A stretch of DNA of 50,184 bases from Candidatus Nomurabacteria bacterium (GCA_020632035.1 JACKGG010000006.1:1-50184), one strand, 5' to 3'; counted from the stretch's first letter, positions 9,111 to 18,046 are shown. Numbers and translations: made by a program. Notes: a model not told the origin generated them from the sequence alone.

Positions 9111-9189
9111 TTTCTAATCCCCTAAAGATCTGTTGTGCACAAAAACGTGCGCACAGATTAAACCATAGTTTTGTGTATGCGTAAAGCTT

Positions 9190-10166
9190 TGTAACATTGC
9201 AGCCTAAAATAGACACTATCCACAATTATTAATCTTCTGCATGGGAGTCATTCCTCCCATGCCTAATCCCCGGTGTCGTTTTTGCCAATTATTGTACTGG
9301 AGAAACAAGATTAGTTTGTATTTCAAGGTGTCCAAGGAATCACTTGGCCTCATATGGGTCACCACACACTTTTCATTTAAAGTGCGGTGAAAACGTTCGA
9401 TCTTGCCATTCTCTTCCGGGCAATACGGAGTGTTTAGACGATGTTCAATCTGTTGATTAGCTAAATACTCTTGTACCACCAAGGCTCGAAACTCCTTGCC
9501 ATTATCGGTCCTAATCTTTTGGATTAAGAACGGTGCCTTTGCCTGTATTCGCTTGATGAAGTCTAGGGTGTTTTCTTTGTTGGCCGTGGTATACGTCCAA
9601 GCGTAGACCCACCGTGATGCATCATCGATGACGGTATAGATCACTCGACCCTGTTTGTATCCAAAGGGGTACTTCGTATCCATTTGCAGTTCCAACCCGG
9701 GTATTTGATGAGCATACAGTTTTTTCTTCCAGCGTTTGGTGGTACGAGGGTGGTATGAGCTATATCTAATTCCCTCACGCTTTAAGATTCGATAGACTGT
9801 GGTGGGGTTAATCGTCAGATTGTATAACCGTTGGAGGTGGTCAGCCAGGGCTTCTACCCCGTCTTGCCAGTATATGTTGGTGGTATTGATAACCAGTTGC
9901 TCAACCTCTTCTGACGTCTTGTTGTGTGGTCGATCTGTTCGTTTCTTTCTTTCTTTGATTAAACCATCCATACCAAACCGTTGGTACCGAGCTTTCCAGG
10001 TATAGATAGTTTGCCTAGTGACTGATAGTTCACGAGCGGCGCCTGTGGGAGTGCTCTTTTTAGTGATAATCGCCTTCAACTTTTGTTCTACCAATTGCAT
10101 ATATCGAACGTCATACTTATTCATCTGCTTAGAATAAGTGTCTAGTGTTTGGCTGCAAGGTTAACA
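9190..10166 (-). mobile_element. IS481-family insertion sequence (977 bp)
   Basis: TGT...ACA ends. Imperfect TIRs of about 30 bp: tgtaacattgcagcctaaaatagacact versus the reverse complement of the right end, tgttaaccttgcagccaaacactagacact. Direct repeat AGCTT at 9185-9189 and 10167-10171. Confidence 0.9.
9216..10124 (-). CDS. IS481-family transposase (HTH plus rve DDE core)
   Basis: N-terminal HTH (AARELSVTRQTIYTWKARY), QMDTK, IDDASR, IRTDNGKEF, NGKIERFHRTL and YNNWQKRHRGLG motifs. No frameshift. Confidence 0.93.
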   Translation of the reverse strand: MNKYDVRYMQLVEQKLKAIITKKSTPTGAARELSVTRQTIYTWKARYQRFGMDGLIKERKKRTDRPHNKTSEEVEQLVINTTNIYWQDGVEALADHLQRLYNLTINPTTVYRILKREGIRYSSYHPRTTKRWKKKLYAHQIPGLELQMDTKYPFGYKQGRVIYTVIDDASRWVYAWTYTTANKENTLDFIKRIQAKAPFLIQKIRTDNGKEFRALVVQEYLANQQIEHRLNTPYCPEENGKIERFHRTLNEKCVVTHMRPSDSLDTLKYKLILFLQYNNWQKRHRGLGMGGMTPMQKINNCG

Positions 10167-10181
10167 AGCTTTTGAGTTTAA

Positions 10182-10556
10182 TTACCCCCAAATCCTTTTC
10201 ATTTTTTTATCGAATTCCTTTTTCGCTTCTAAGCTCGCTATTCTTTTTGCTTCTTCATCAGTCTGAGGTGCTTGGTCGGGAAGATAGTCAGGTTCGGGTA
10301 GTTCATCGTTCTGATTCTCTCTAACTGCACTTTGTATTTTACTTTCAATACTTGTTAATTCGTTTGTATATGCTTCAATCTCGTTTGGTATTTGTTTTAA
10401 TCTGTCTTCTAGTTCTGAAGCCTCTTGTGAATCTCCGAGATGACGCTCCTCCTTAATTCTGTATGGTAAGTTCACCAAGAGGTCCTGCAGCTGTTTTAAC
10501 TGAGAATTCAAGAATTTCTTTCGCTGTTCAATTGTTGGAGGTCCTTCAAAAGTCAT
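10182..10556 (-). CDS. Hypothetical coiled-coil protein (124 aa) with a GreA-tip-like motif
   Basis: Heptad-rich ORF 11 nt downstream of the YqeY gene. Motif RIKEERHLGDSQEASE. Confidence 0.7.
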   Translation of the reverse strand: MTFEGPPTIEQRKKFLNSQLKQLQDLLVNLPYRIKEERHLGDSQEASELEDRLKQIPNEIEAYTNELTSIESKIQSAVRENQNDELPEPDYLPDQAPQTDEEAKRIASLEAKKEFDKKMKRIWG

Positions 10557-10567
10557 ACTTTCAGAAA

Positions 10568-11020
10568 TTAAAACAGTGATTCAACTACAACCTTCACGTC
10601 ACCTCCATCAGCCTTGCCAGCCAGCTCCTTCATCACACCTCCTACAAGCATCCCCATCTTGGATTTGTCGTTGATTCCTAGCTCGGCTTTCTTAGCTTCT
10701 GCAATCGGGCGGATTTCGTCTTGTGACATTAGCTTAGGAAGGTAGCTTTCTAGCACAGCCAATTCTTCTTTTTCTGGCTCAGCTAGCTCGGGTCGAGCAT
10801 TGGTTTCGTATTGAGTAATAGATTCTTTTCTTTGTTTGGCCAAACGCTTAATGACAGCGAGTACTTCTTCGTCCTTTAGCATGTCTTGCGGAGTTCGTCC
10901 GGTTGCTACCATTTCATTCATAAAGGCCGTTAGCATACTGCGCACGGTACGAAGTTTTACAGCGTCCTTTGCTTTCATTGATTCCTTAAGTTCTCCCTTA
11001 ATAGTTTCATGTAGTGACAT
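10568..11020 (-). CDS. GatB/YqeY domain protein
   Basis: LKESMKAKDAVKLRTVR, KQRKESITQY, ELAVLESYLP and MGMLVGGVMKELAGKADG motifs. Confidence 0.93.
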   Translation of the reverse strand: MSLHETIKGELKESMKAKDAVKLRTVRSMLTAFMNEMVATGRTPQDMLKDEEVLAVIKRLAKQRKESITQYETNARPELAEPEKEELAVLESYLPKLMSQDEIRPIAEAKKAELGINDKSKMGMLVGGVMKELAGKADGGDVKVVVESLF

Positions 11021-11157
11021 ATGACTACTAGTTTACTACTTTTCCTGTGCACAATCCACGGTCTTTTTGCTCTTTACATTATTGGTTTAAAGTTGTACTC
11101 TCTTTTCCACTGTGCGGATACACAGAGTACATAAATAAATATTTAGGAGAATGAAGA

Positions 11158-11676
11158 ATGTTAGCAGTGATTAGTGAAGTCTCATCGATTGTTCTCGAGT
11201 TAAATAAAAGTAACTATCGTGATTTGCTCAAAGTCAAGCATAGGGGATCAGACACAATGATCCGGGCGGGTCACTTAGCTGCCGAATTTTTTTGGAAGAC
11301 AGGTGATTGTGGTTCAATAACCACCCATCCAGTATTTTTATCAGCCTCTGATCTAGGTATTAGGGAAGAAGTTGAAACTGTCGACATTTTTTGCTTGAGT
11401 TCGGGAATAAAGGATTGTGAGTTATTTACTATCGTCAGTCTGGAAGCCCTGCTGAAAAGCCTAAGGCAAATTTGGATTGAAAATCAGGTGGAAGGAGATG
11501 TTATGGTGGCAACATCTCCACACTGTGGTAATGATGGCATCAGGAGGATGATTCGACTTTCTGCAAAAAACGAACTAGACGGGATGAAAATAATAATGCA
11601 GGCAATACCGGCTGATCTGAAAACAAAGTGGCCATCTACCCAACTTTGGATGTTTGACGGCCAACCTCCCCACTAG
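11158..11676 (+). CDS. Hypothetical protein (172 aa), stand-alone cassette
   Basis: AGGAG 8 nt before ATG, TTTACA-17-TACTCT promoter, terminator at 11701-11738. Confidence 0.72.
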   Translation: MLAVISEVSSIVLELNKSNYRDLLKVKHRGSDTMIRAGHLAAEFFWKTGDCGSITTHPVFLSASDLGIREEVETVDIFCLSSGIKDCELFTIVSLEALLKSLRQIWIENQVEGDVMVATSPHCGNDGIRRMIRLSAKNELDGMKIIMQAIPADLKTKWPSTQLWMFDGQPPH

Positions 11677-11700
11677 CGGTGCTTCATCGCAACAACATAA

Positions 11701-11738
11701 CCCCCCGAAAGCCTTGCTTACCGGGGGCTTTTTTTTTG
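11701..11738 (+). terminator. Intrinsic terminator
   Basis: ccccc(cg)...(cc)ggggg stem followed by a long T-run. Confidence 0.65.
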
Positions 11739-11769
11739 TTTAAAATTTAAATGTTATTATAGTTGGAAT

Positions 11770-12849
11770 ATGGAAATGATTTTGATTGGATTGGTAGTGG
11801 TTTTGTTACTGGTAAATGCTTTTGTAGTTTATAAGCTCTTGAACCCAAAAATTGAAGAAAAGAAAGACGACAAAGAGGCTATGTTGGTAATGCAAAGGAT
11901 TGAAGAACTTTCTCGTACGGTAGACGCTAAGCTAAGTGAAACTAATAAGACAATGCGAGAGGGTTCCCAGGCGCAATTTAGGGAGAGCAGAGAGTTGATC
12001 CAAGACATTAATAAAGAAATGAACGAACAACTTCGCAATGTGGTGAAGGGTGTGTCTGAAGTCGGGGAGAGTTCAAAGCAGGTTTTTGCAGTAGCCGACC
12101 AGCTAAAAGAACTGCAGAATATTTTGAAGAATCCTAAACAGAGAGGAATTCTTGGTGAGTATTACCTGGAGACAGTTCTACAAAATGTGCTCCCCCCAGA
12201 GAGCTTTCAAATGCAGTATGCTTTTGAGGACGGCGAGATTGTAGACGCAGTGGTGTTTGTAAAAGGGAAGGTGATCCCGATTGACTCTAAGTTCTCGCTC
12301 GATAACTACAACCGATTAGTCGAAGCCGGTGATACTCCAGAGCGAGCCCAATACGAAAAGACTTTCATTAATGACCTGAAACTTCGAATATCAGAAACGG
12401 CTAAATACATTCGTCCGAGCGAAAAGACCACCGACTTTGCTTTTATGTTTATCCCGCACGAAGGAATTTACTATGACTTACTTTCTAATAAAGTCGGAGC
12501 AGGGGAGGAGAATCTTATTCAACGAGCAGCCGGGAAGTACAAGGTCATTATTGTGTCTCCGACTTCATTCTTAGCTTACTTGCAGACGGTACTTCAAGGA
12601 CTTAAGGCGATGGAGATTGAAGAGAAGGCTCAGGATATTATTAAAAATGTAGAGAAGCTTAGTGGACACATTGCCAAGTACGAGGACTTCTACCAGAAGC
12701 TTGGTGCGACTCTCTCCACCACCGTTAATCATTACAATGCCGGCTATAAGGAGCTAAATAAGATAGATAAAGACGTGACAAGGATAACGGGTACCACTAT
12801 TGGGATTGAGACTTTGGCTATAGACAAACCGCAAAAAGCAGATGAATAA
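11770..12849 (+). CDS. rmuC: DNA recombination protein RmuC
   Basis: N-terminal TM and coiled coil. NPKQRGILGE, PIDSKFSLDNY, TTDFAFMFIPHEG and VSPTS motifs. Confidence 0.93.
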   Translation: MEMILIGLVVVLLLVNAFVVYKLLNPKIEEKKDDKEAMLVMQRIEELSRTVDAKLSETNKTMREGSQAQFRESRELIQDINKEMNEQLRNVVKGVSEVGESSKQVFAVADQLKELQNILKNPKQRGILGEYYLETVLQNVLPPESFQMQYAFEDGEIVDAVVFVKGKVIPIDSKFSLDNYNRLVEAGDTPERAQYEKTFINDLKLRISETAKYIRPSEKTTDFAFMFIPHEGIYYDLLSNKVGAGEENLIQRAAGKYKVIIVSPTSFLAYLQTVLQGLKAMEIEEKAQDIIKNVEKLSGHIAKYEDFYQKLGATLSTTVNHYNAGYKELNKIDKDVTRITGTTIGIETLAIDKPQKADE

Positions 12850-12894
12850 AACAAGCCGGCAATCCTTGGGGGAGTGCCGGTTGTAGAAGGCTTT

Positions 12895-13092
12895 TTACCA
12901 AAACAAACCAAACCTAATGTATAAATGTATCGTTGCACCAAGGGTTGCAAGTAACAAGCATAAGATTTGTTTCTTGGTTTTATCGGCTACCGGAATCCAG
13001 AAAAAAACAACTTTAGCGATAATTAGGATGGCGTAATCAATATTTTCCAGTATTGACCCAGGTATGTTCTCCAACTTCTTTTCTTTTTTCAT
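12895..13092 (-). CDS. Small hypothetical two-TM membrane protein (65 aa)
   Basis: GGAG 6 nt before the ATG at 13092, TTGACT-17-CATAAT promoter, two hydrophobic segments. Confidence 0.6.
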   Translation of the reverse strand: MKKEKKLENIPGSILENIDYAILIIAKVVFFWIPVADKTKKQILCLLLATLGATIHLYIRFGLFW

Positions 13093-13238
13093 TGTCTGCT
13101 CCAAAAAAGACCAGTTTTTCGAATTATGTAATGGAACACTTGTTAAGTCAAGCTACAGAAACTAATTGAGCAGAAAAGATAAAGCCCCAGAAGCGGAGTT
13201 TATCTTGTTTCCGTTCTGGGGTTGCTGGAGAGGTGAGT

Positions 13239-13355
13239 TTATCTCCTACCCCGTTTCTTTTTATTGTTGCGTTTAGCGCCAGCTTTACCGCGCTGGTTCC
13301 AACTTTTTCCAGGTGCTTTTTTCTTATCTCTTCCTGCGTGGCTACCGTGAGACAT
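13239..13355 (-). CDS. Small highly basic peptide (38 aa), below the ORF-track cutoff
   Basis: MSHGSHAGRDKKKAPGKSWNQRGKAGAKRNNKKKRGRR*. AAGGA 8 nt before ATG, TTGAGT-16-TATTGT promoter, ccccagaa/ttctgggg terminator at 13181-13222. Confidence 0.7.
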   Translation of the reverse strand: MSHGSHAGRDKKKAPGKSWNQRGKAGAKRNNKKKRGRR

Positions 13356-13442
13356 AATGTCTTTCCTTGTATAGGGATTTATTGTTTGTTCTGTGGTGCA
13401 AACCCCACAATACCAAAAAGCTATGAAAACTCAAGAAAATGA

Positions 13443-13470
13443 TTGCAAAAACTGTGAATTCTTGTATACT
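13443..13470 (+). promoter_or_regulatory. Sigma70-type promoter of rplU
   Basis: TTGCAA-16-TATACT, 10 nt before the ATG. Confidence 0.55.
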
Positions 13471-13480
13471 CATCGGCACT

Positions 13481-13816
13481 ATGGCAACAGAAACAACAAA
13501 TTCAGCACCCTTTGCAGTTATCGCTACCGGCGGAAAGCAATATGTAGTGCGTGAAGGCGATACTATGCTAGTAGAGCTCCTAGGGGATCATAAGGAAGGG
13601 GATAAGATTGAGTTCGATACCGTTCTAATGACCGACGACGGAAAATCTTCTAAGATTGGTACTCCTCACACTGGAACAAAAGTAAAAGCAACCTACCTTG
13701 GTGAAAAGAAAGGAAAGAAGCTAACTATCATACGATACAAAGCAAAGTCTAACCGAGACCGAAGAATTGGTCATCGACAACACTACGCTGAAATCAAGAT
13801 TGATTCAGTTAAGTAA
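13481..13816 (+). CDS. rplU: 50S ribosomal protein L21
   Basis: FAVIATGGKQYVVREGD, KAKSNRDRRIGHRQHY. Start placed at the ATG at 13481. Confidence 0.97.
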   Translation: MATETTNSAPFAVIATGGKQYVVREGDTMLVELLGDHKEGDKIEFDTVLMTDDGKSSKIGTPHTGTKVKATYLGEKKGKKLTIIRYKAKSNRDRRIGHRQHYAEIKIDSVK

Positions 13817-13819
13817 ATA

Positions 13820-13849
13820 AAAAGACCGGCGCTTTGCTCCGGTCTTTTT
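13820..13849 (+). terminator. Intrinsic terminator after rplU
   Basis: aaaaagaccgg-cgctttgct-ccggtcttttt. Confidence 0.75.
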
Positions 13850-13868
13850 ATAAGTTACTATTGAATAT

Positions 13869-14004
13869 GGAACGAGGGTGAGTATCCATTTACGGCAGAA
13901 TAGTCTGAAAGCTAACCTTAGAAGGTGCGGTCAAGTTTATCTTGGTTGCTGATAGTCCTGTATGCGAGTTTGTTCTTTAGAGCTTGATCAAAGTCCTCTG
14001 TTCC
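13869..14004 (+). ncRNA. Candidate structured non-coding RNA (about 136 nt, possibly 6S-like)
   Basis: No ORF. 5' ggaacgagg pairs with 3' cctctgttcc. TACTAT -10 box just upstream and a terminator immediately downstream. Confidence 0.45.
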
Positions 14005-14031
14005 AACTCGGCCTCCTAGAGGCCGAGTTTT
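14005..14031. terminator. Terminator between the candidate ncRNA and recR
   Basis: aactcggcctc-ctag-aggccgagtttt. Confidence 0.75.
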
Positions 14032-14653
14032 ATTCACTAGCAGAGCGATTTTTGAAAGCGTTCTTAATTGTCTCTGCGTCTGCGTATTCTAGCTCACTTC
14101 CGGTTGAAAGGCCTCTCCCTAGGTACGAGATGACAATTCCTTTCTCTTTCAATATTTCTCCAATAATAGATTCTACAAACCGAGCGGTGTTTTCTCCGTC
14201 AGGATTTACCGAGAAGCCAATAGTTACTTCATTGAGTCCTTCGGGAATTCGGGTTTCTATAGTTGCTTTTAAGGCTCCGCCACGGAGCTTTTTGTTTTCT
14301 CCAGAATTAAGAAGGGGAACAGTGCCACCAAACACAAAGTAGAGTCCGTCGTAGACACCAGCTCGCTCAATAGCTTGTATATCAGAGTCTTGCGACACTA
14401 TAAGTAGTTTGGTGTGAGTGCGTTGGCTTGAAGAGCAAAGTGAACAAATTGTCTCATTGTAGGCAGTAGCAAAAAATCTGTGACAGCTGGCACATTCAAC
14501 GACAGTACCCTTAATTTCGGCAATTAATCTTGAAAGCTCTGCAGAATCGGCGTCTTGCATGGTAAGAATATGAAAAGCAAACCGCTTGGCTTGGCGAGCA
14601 CCAACCCCCGGAAATTTTTCAAATAAGGCTATTAGTTTATCGAGATTGTTCAT
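14030..14653 (-). CDS. recR: Recombination mediator RecR
   Basis: FPGVGARQAKRFAFHIL HhH, C4 finger (CASC...CSLC), TOPRIM and GSELEYAD motifs. Confidence 0.96.
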   Translation of the reverse strand: MNNLDKLIALFEKFPGVGARQAKRFAFHILTMQDADSAELSRLIAEIKGTVVECASCHRFFATAYNETICSLCSSSQRTHTKLLIVSQDSDIQAIERAGVYDGLYFVFGGTVPLLNSGENKKLRGGALKATIETRIPEGLNEVTIGFSVNPDGENTARFVESIIGEILKEKGIVISYLGRGLSTGSELEYADAETIKNAFKNRSASE

Positions 14654-14760
14654 GAAAGTAGATTATAACAAAAATTCTTGTTGACGTGTCTAATTGACAC
14701 TTATTTTTAATACTGTATAAATTCATGGGTTGTTGCACTGACTTATTGAGGAGGTTGAAG

Positions 14761-15060
14761 ATGGCAGACGAAGAAAATCAAGTCCAGGTAGTAATTAAAT
14801 TCAGCAATGTGTACTGGTCGCAATTCATGGATGTAAGGTTGCCCCCCATTGGCGCTACTCATACGTTTGAGTCTTATGGCTGTCCCGAAAATGAAAGGCC
14901 AGTCCCAGATGTTTTCTCAACAAAAGTTATCGATGTAGAAACTATTTCCAGCCCGTTTTGTGAGTCAGTGTACTATGTGATCCACCTGGATCATCGTTTT
15001 GTACCCGACTCATTAGTAGATGTTCTGCATAATTTCGGGTTTGAAGTAAGTGAAAGATAG
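14761..15060 (+). CDS. Hypothetical protein (99 aa), stand-alone cassette
   Basis: GAGGAGGT 5 nt before the ATG at 14761, TTGACA at 14694, terminator at 15091-15118. Confidence 0.68.
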   Translation: MADEENQVQVVIKFSNVYWSQFMDVRLPPIGATHTFESYGCPENERPVPDVFSTKVIDVETISSPFCESVYYVIHLDHRFVPDSLVDVLHNFGFEVSER

Positions 15061-15090
15061 TGTACCAACTTCTGTGGCTACTATAAGTCG

Positions 15091-15118
15091 CCGGCTCCTA
15101 ACAAGAGCCGGTTTTTTT
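15091..15118. terminator. Intrinsic terminator
   Basis: ccggctc-ctaacaa-gagccgg plus a T-run. Confidence 0.7.
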
Positions 15119-15127
15119 AAATTCAGT

Positions 15128-16510
15128 TTAGAAATCATCACCACTACCAGCTGCTGCAGCGTGGTGCGTGTCTAGATTGAGGAAGCGGACATGCTTGTCG
15201 TCGAAGTATAGCTCACAGTGTCCAACAGCCCCGTTACGGTGCTTTTCTACCATTATTTCAGCAATGTTTGGTCGCTCTGCTTCTTTGTCTCTATTCATTT
15301 TGTCCTCACGGTGAATAAACATCACAACATCTGCGTCCTGCTCAATAGAACCAGAGTCACGTAGGTCTGACAGTCTTGGCTTACCTCCACGTTGTTCAAC
15401 CGCTCGAGACAGCTGTGAAAGGGCTATAATCGGAATATCAAGCTCTTTAGCTAGAATCTTAAGTGAACGAGAAATTTCAGTAATCTGTTGCACCATCGAG
15501 TCGCTTCCCTTGGTCAGAGTAGGGGACATGAGTTGTAGGTAATCGACGATGAGCATATCTAAGCCGTATTCATTTTTGAGTCTTCGAGCTGCCGAACGCA
15601 TTTTTACAATATTCAAAGCGGCTTCATCAATAATGTGAATTGGTGCCTTGTTAAGCTTGGCCATGGCAGTTTGGAGTGCTTCGTACTCTTGGTCATTAGA
15701 AAGGCGACCGGTACGAAGTTTCCAAGAATCCACGCCAGACTCAGCGGCGAGCATACGGTCAACCAGTTGTTGGTCGCTCATTTCAAGGGAGAAGATGCCA
15801 ACGTGTGCGCCACCAACTAAAGCTGCGTTTCGAGCTAGGTCGAGTGCCAGAGTGGTTTTACCCATAGATGGCCGAGCAGCCAAGATAATAAGGTCAGACT
15901 TTTGAAATCCAGCCAACAGATTGTCGAGACCAGTAAAACCACTCGGCACACCTCTTTTTTCTCCGGGGTTGGCACTAAGGTGTTCAAATCTTTCCCAAGC
16001 TTCAGTGAGAGCACTTCCAATTGGTCGAAACTTCTGGGCAGAAGGGGATTGAGTCGATTGAAATATCTTTTTCTCAGCTTGGTCGAGTGCTTCGTCAACG
16101 CTTTCTGGATCAGAGTAGCCGATTTCGGCAATATCATCGGCAGCGTTGATGAGTCCTCGCAAAGTAGCCTTGTCGCCAACTTGGCCAGAGTAGTACATGG
16201 CATTGCCTGCCGCCGGGACTGTCTCTATCAGCTCAGTAATATAAGCTGCTCCACCAACCCTATCTAGCTGGTTCATTTCTTTTAGCTTGGTCACTACAGA
16301 AACAGTGTCGATAGGGTCGCCCTTAGAAAAAATCTGAGTGATAGCTTCAAAGATAGCTCGGTGTTTGTCAGCAAAAAAACTCTCTGGATAGACAGTCACC
16401 GAGACATCATGCATAACGTCTGGTTTTAGAATAATAGCTCCTAAGAGAGCCTTTTCAGCGTCAACGTTATTAGGTGGTGTTCGCAGGGAACGATTATGCT
16501 GTTCAGCCAT
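15128..16510 (-). CDS. dnaB: Replicative DNA helicase DnaB
   Basis: AEKALLGAI, LAARPSMGKT, IVDYLQLM and LSDLRDSGSIEQDAD motifs. Start placed at 16510. No intein. Confidence 0.98.
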   Translation of the reverse strand: MAEQHNRSLRTPPNNVDAEKALLGAIILKPDVMHDVSVTVYPESFFADKHRAIFEAITQIFSKGDPIDTVSVVTKLKEMNQLDRVGGAAYITELIETVPAAGNAMYYSGQVGDKATLRGLINAADDIAEIGYSDPESVDEALDQAEKKIFQSTQSPSAQKFRPIGSALTEAWERFEHLSANPGEKRGVPSGFTGLDNLLAGFQKSDLIILAARPSMGKTTLALDLARNAALVGGAHVGIFSLEMSDQQLVDRMLAAESGVDSWKLRTGRLSNDQEYEALQTAMAKLNKAPIHIIDEAALNIVKMRSAARRLKNEYGLDMLIVDYLQLMSPTLTKGSDSMVQQITEISRSLKILAKELDIPIIALSQLSRAVEQRGGKPRLSDLRDSGSIEQDADVVMFIHREDKMNRDKEAERPNIAEIMVEKHRNGAVGHCELYFDDKHVRFLNLDTHHAAAAGSGDDF

Positions 16511-16585
16511 AGGTAAATGACATTCTATCACGAAATCGAAGTCTGCAGTTTTGACACTTTTTACACAGTATTGGGAAGATGTGGA

Positions 16586-18046
16586 TTACTCAGTATTAGC
16601 CTTTGTCACCTTCGGGCCATGAGCAGTATCTTCTAGTTCATAGCCCTTTAGTTTAATTTTTTCACGGAGAATGTCAGCAACATCCCAGTTGCGGGCGATA
16701 CGAGCTACTTCACGTTCGTCTATTAGTGCTTGAATTTCTTCAGATAGATCGTCTACAGCAATTACACCTAGTGATCGAGTTCCTTCTTGTAGGTTGTCTG
16801 AGAGACCGATGTCCAAAACTTCGTCCATAGACATCAGTGTCCCACACTTAGTCTTGTCATCTAGTTTGGAATCTTTAATCATCTCCCAAAGTACTGCGAT
16901 TGCTCCCGGGGTATCAAAGTCGTCGGCGATGCGATCGTCGAATTTTTCTAGATACTCGATTGATGGAGTGGCGGTCTTCTGCTTGAAGTCTTCGTATACA
17001 TATCGTTTCAAGCGAAACAAGGCCTGCTTGGCAGAAGTAAGAGCTTCCCAAGAAAAATCGATTGGGGAGCGGTAATGGGCAGTTAGTAGCCAGTAGCGGT
17101 AGTCATCACCAGTAAAGCCTCGGTCCATTAGGTTGCGCATTGTTATAGTGTTTCCAAGTGATTTTGAAATTTTAGTTTTATCAATACTAAGAAAAGCATT
17201 GTGTATCCAGTACTTTGCAAAGGTTTTACCGGTCACGGCTTCAGATTGGGCTATTTCAGCATTATGGTGGACTGGGATGTGGTCTATGCCACCAGTGTGA
17301 ATATCGATTTGCTTACCAAGAGTATCCATAGCCATAGCAGAGCATTCAATGTGCCAGCCCGGGAAACCTTTGCCCCAACGGCTATCCCAACCAAGCTTAC
17401 CTTTTTTCCAGACTGCGAAGTCGGCCGGGTGCTTTTTCTCTGAGTTTACCTCCACCCGAGCCCCACTCTTTAGCTTCTTTAAATTGATTTTCCCAAGTCG
17501 ACCGTACTTAGGAAATTGTGAAATATCAAAATACAGACCATCGCTGGTTTCGTAGGTGAATCCTTTTTCCTCTAAAGTTTTAATTAAACTAATTTGTTTC
17601 TTGATGTAGTCGCTAGCCCTGGCCCAAGAGGCAGGGTGGATGATGCGGAGTTCGTCGATATCGTTTTCAAAGGCTTTGATGTAGCGGGTAGATAGCTGGC
17701 GCATAGAGTCTAGGGTGACTGGAAGACCATCTCGCTTAAGACCCTTCATCATTTTATCTTCACCCTCGTCGCCATCGCTGGTCAAGTGCCCAAAGTCAGT
17801 TAGATTGATGGTGTGGTTGACCGGGTAACCATTACGAATCAAAACCCTTTTTACAATATCAGCAAAAACATAAGAACGCAGATTTCCTATATGAGCATAG
17901 TCATAGACAGTTGGTCCACAGCTGTACATTTTTACCTCTTTGTCATTCAGGGGAGTGAAGACCTCTTTCTTTTTCGATTCAGTGTTGTATAGGTAAACAT
18001 CTCGAACATGCACTGGTGTTTTGCGTGTAAATAGTTCAGTAAACAT
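16586..18046 (-). CDS. cysS: Cysteine--tRNA ligase
   Basis: YSCGPTVYDYAHIGN, GFPGWHIECSAM, DIHTGGIDH and KISKS motifs. Start placed at the ATG at 18046. Confidence 0.97.
   Translation of the reverse strand: MFTELFTRKTPVHVRDVYLYNTESKKKEVFTPLNDKEVKMYSCGPTVYDYAHIGNLRSYVFADIVKRVLIRNGYPVNHTINLTDFGHLTSDGDEGEDKMMKGLKRDGLPVTLDSMRQLSTRYIKAFENDIDELRIIHPASWARASDYIKKQISLIKTLEEKGFTYETSDGLYFDISQFPKYGRLGKINLKKLKSGARVEVNSEKKHPADFAVWKKGKLGWDSRWGKGFPGWHIECSAMAMDTLGKQIDIHTGGIDHIPVHHNAEIAQSEAVTGKTFAKYWIHNAFLSIDKTKISKSLGNTITMRNLMDRGFTGDDYRYWLLTAHYRSPIDFSWEALTSAKQALFRLKRYVYEDFKQKTATPSIEYLEKFDDRIADDFDTPGAIAVLWEMIKDSKLDDKTKCGTLMSMDEVLDIGLSDNLQEGTRSLGVIAVDDLSEEIQALIDEREVARIARNWDVADILREKIKLKGYELEDTAHGPKVTKANTE

Noticed and set aside
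13233-13442. 69-aa plus-strand ORF in the track
   Set aside because: It is the antisense shadow of the 38-aa basic peptide gene, which has the promoter, SD and terminator.
13869-14004. Hammerhead ribozyme, SRP RNA, tmRNA or RNase P RNA
   Set aside because: CTGATAG is not the CUGANGA core. No SRP GGAA/AGCAG loop or tRNA-like ends. Too short for RNase P RNA.
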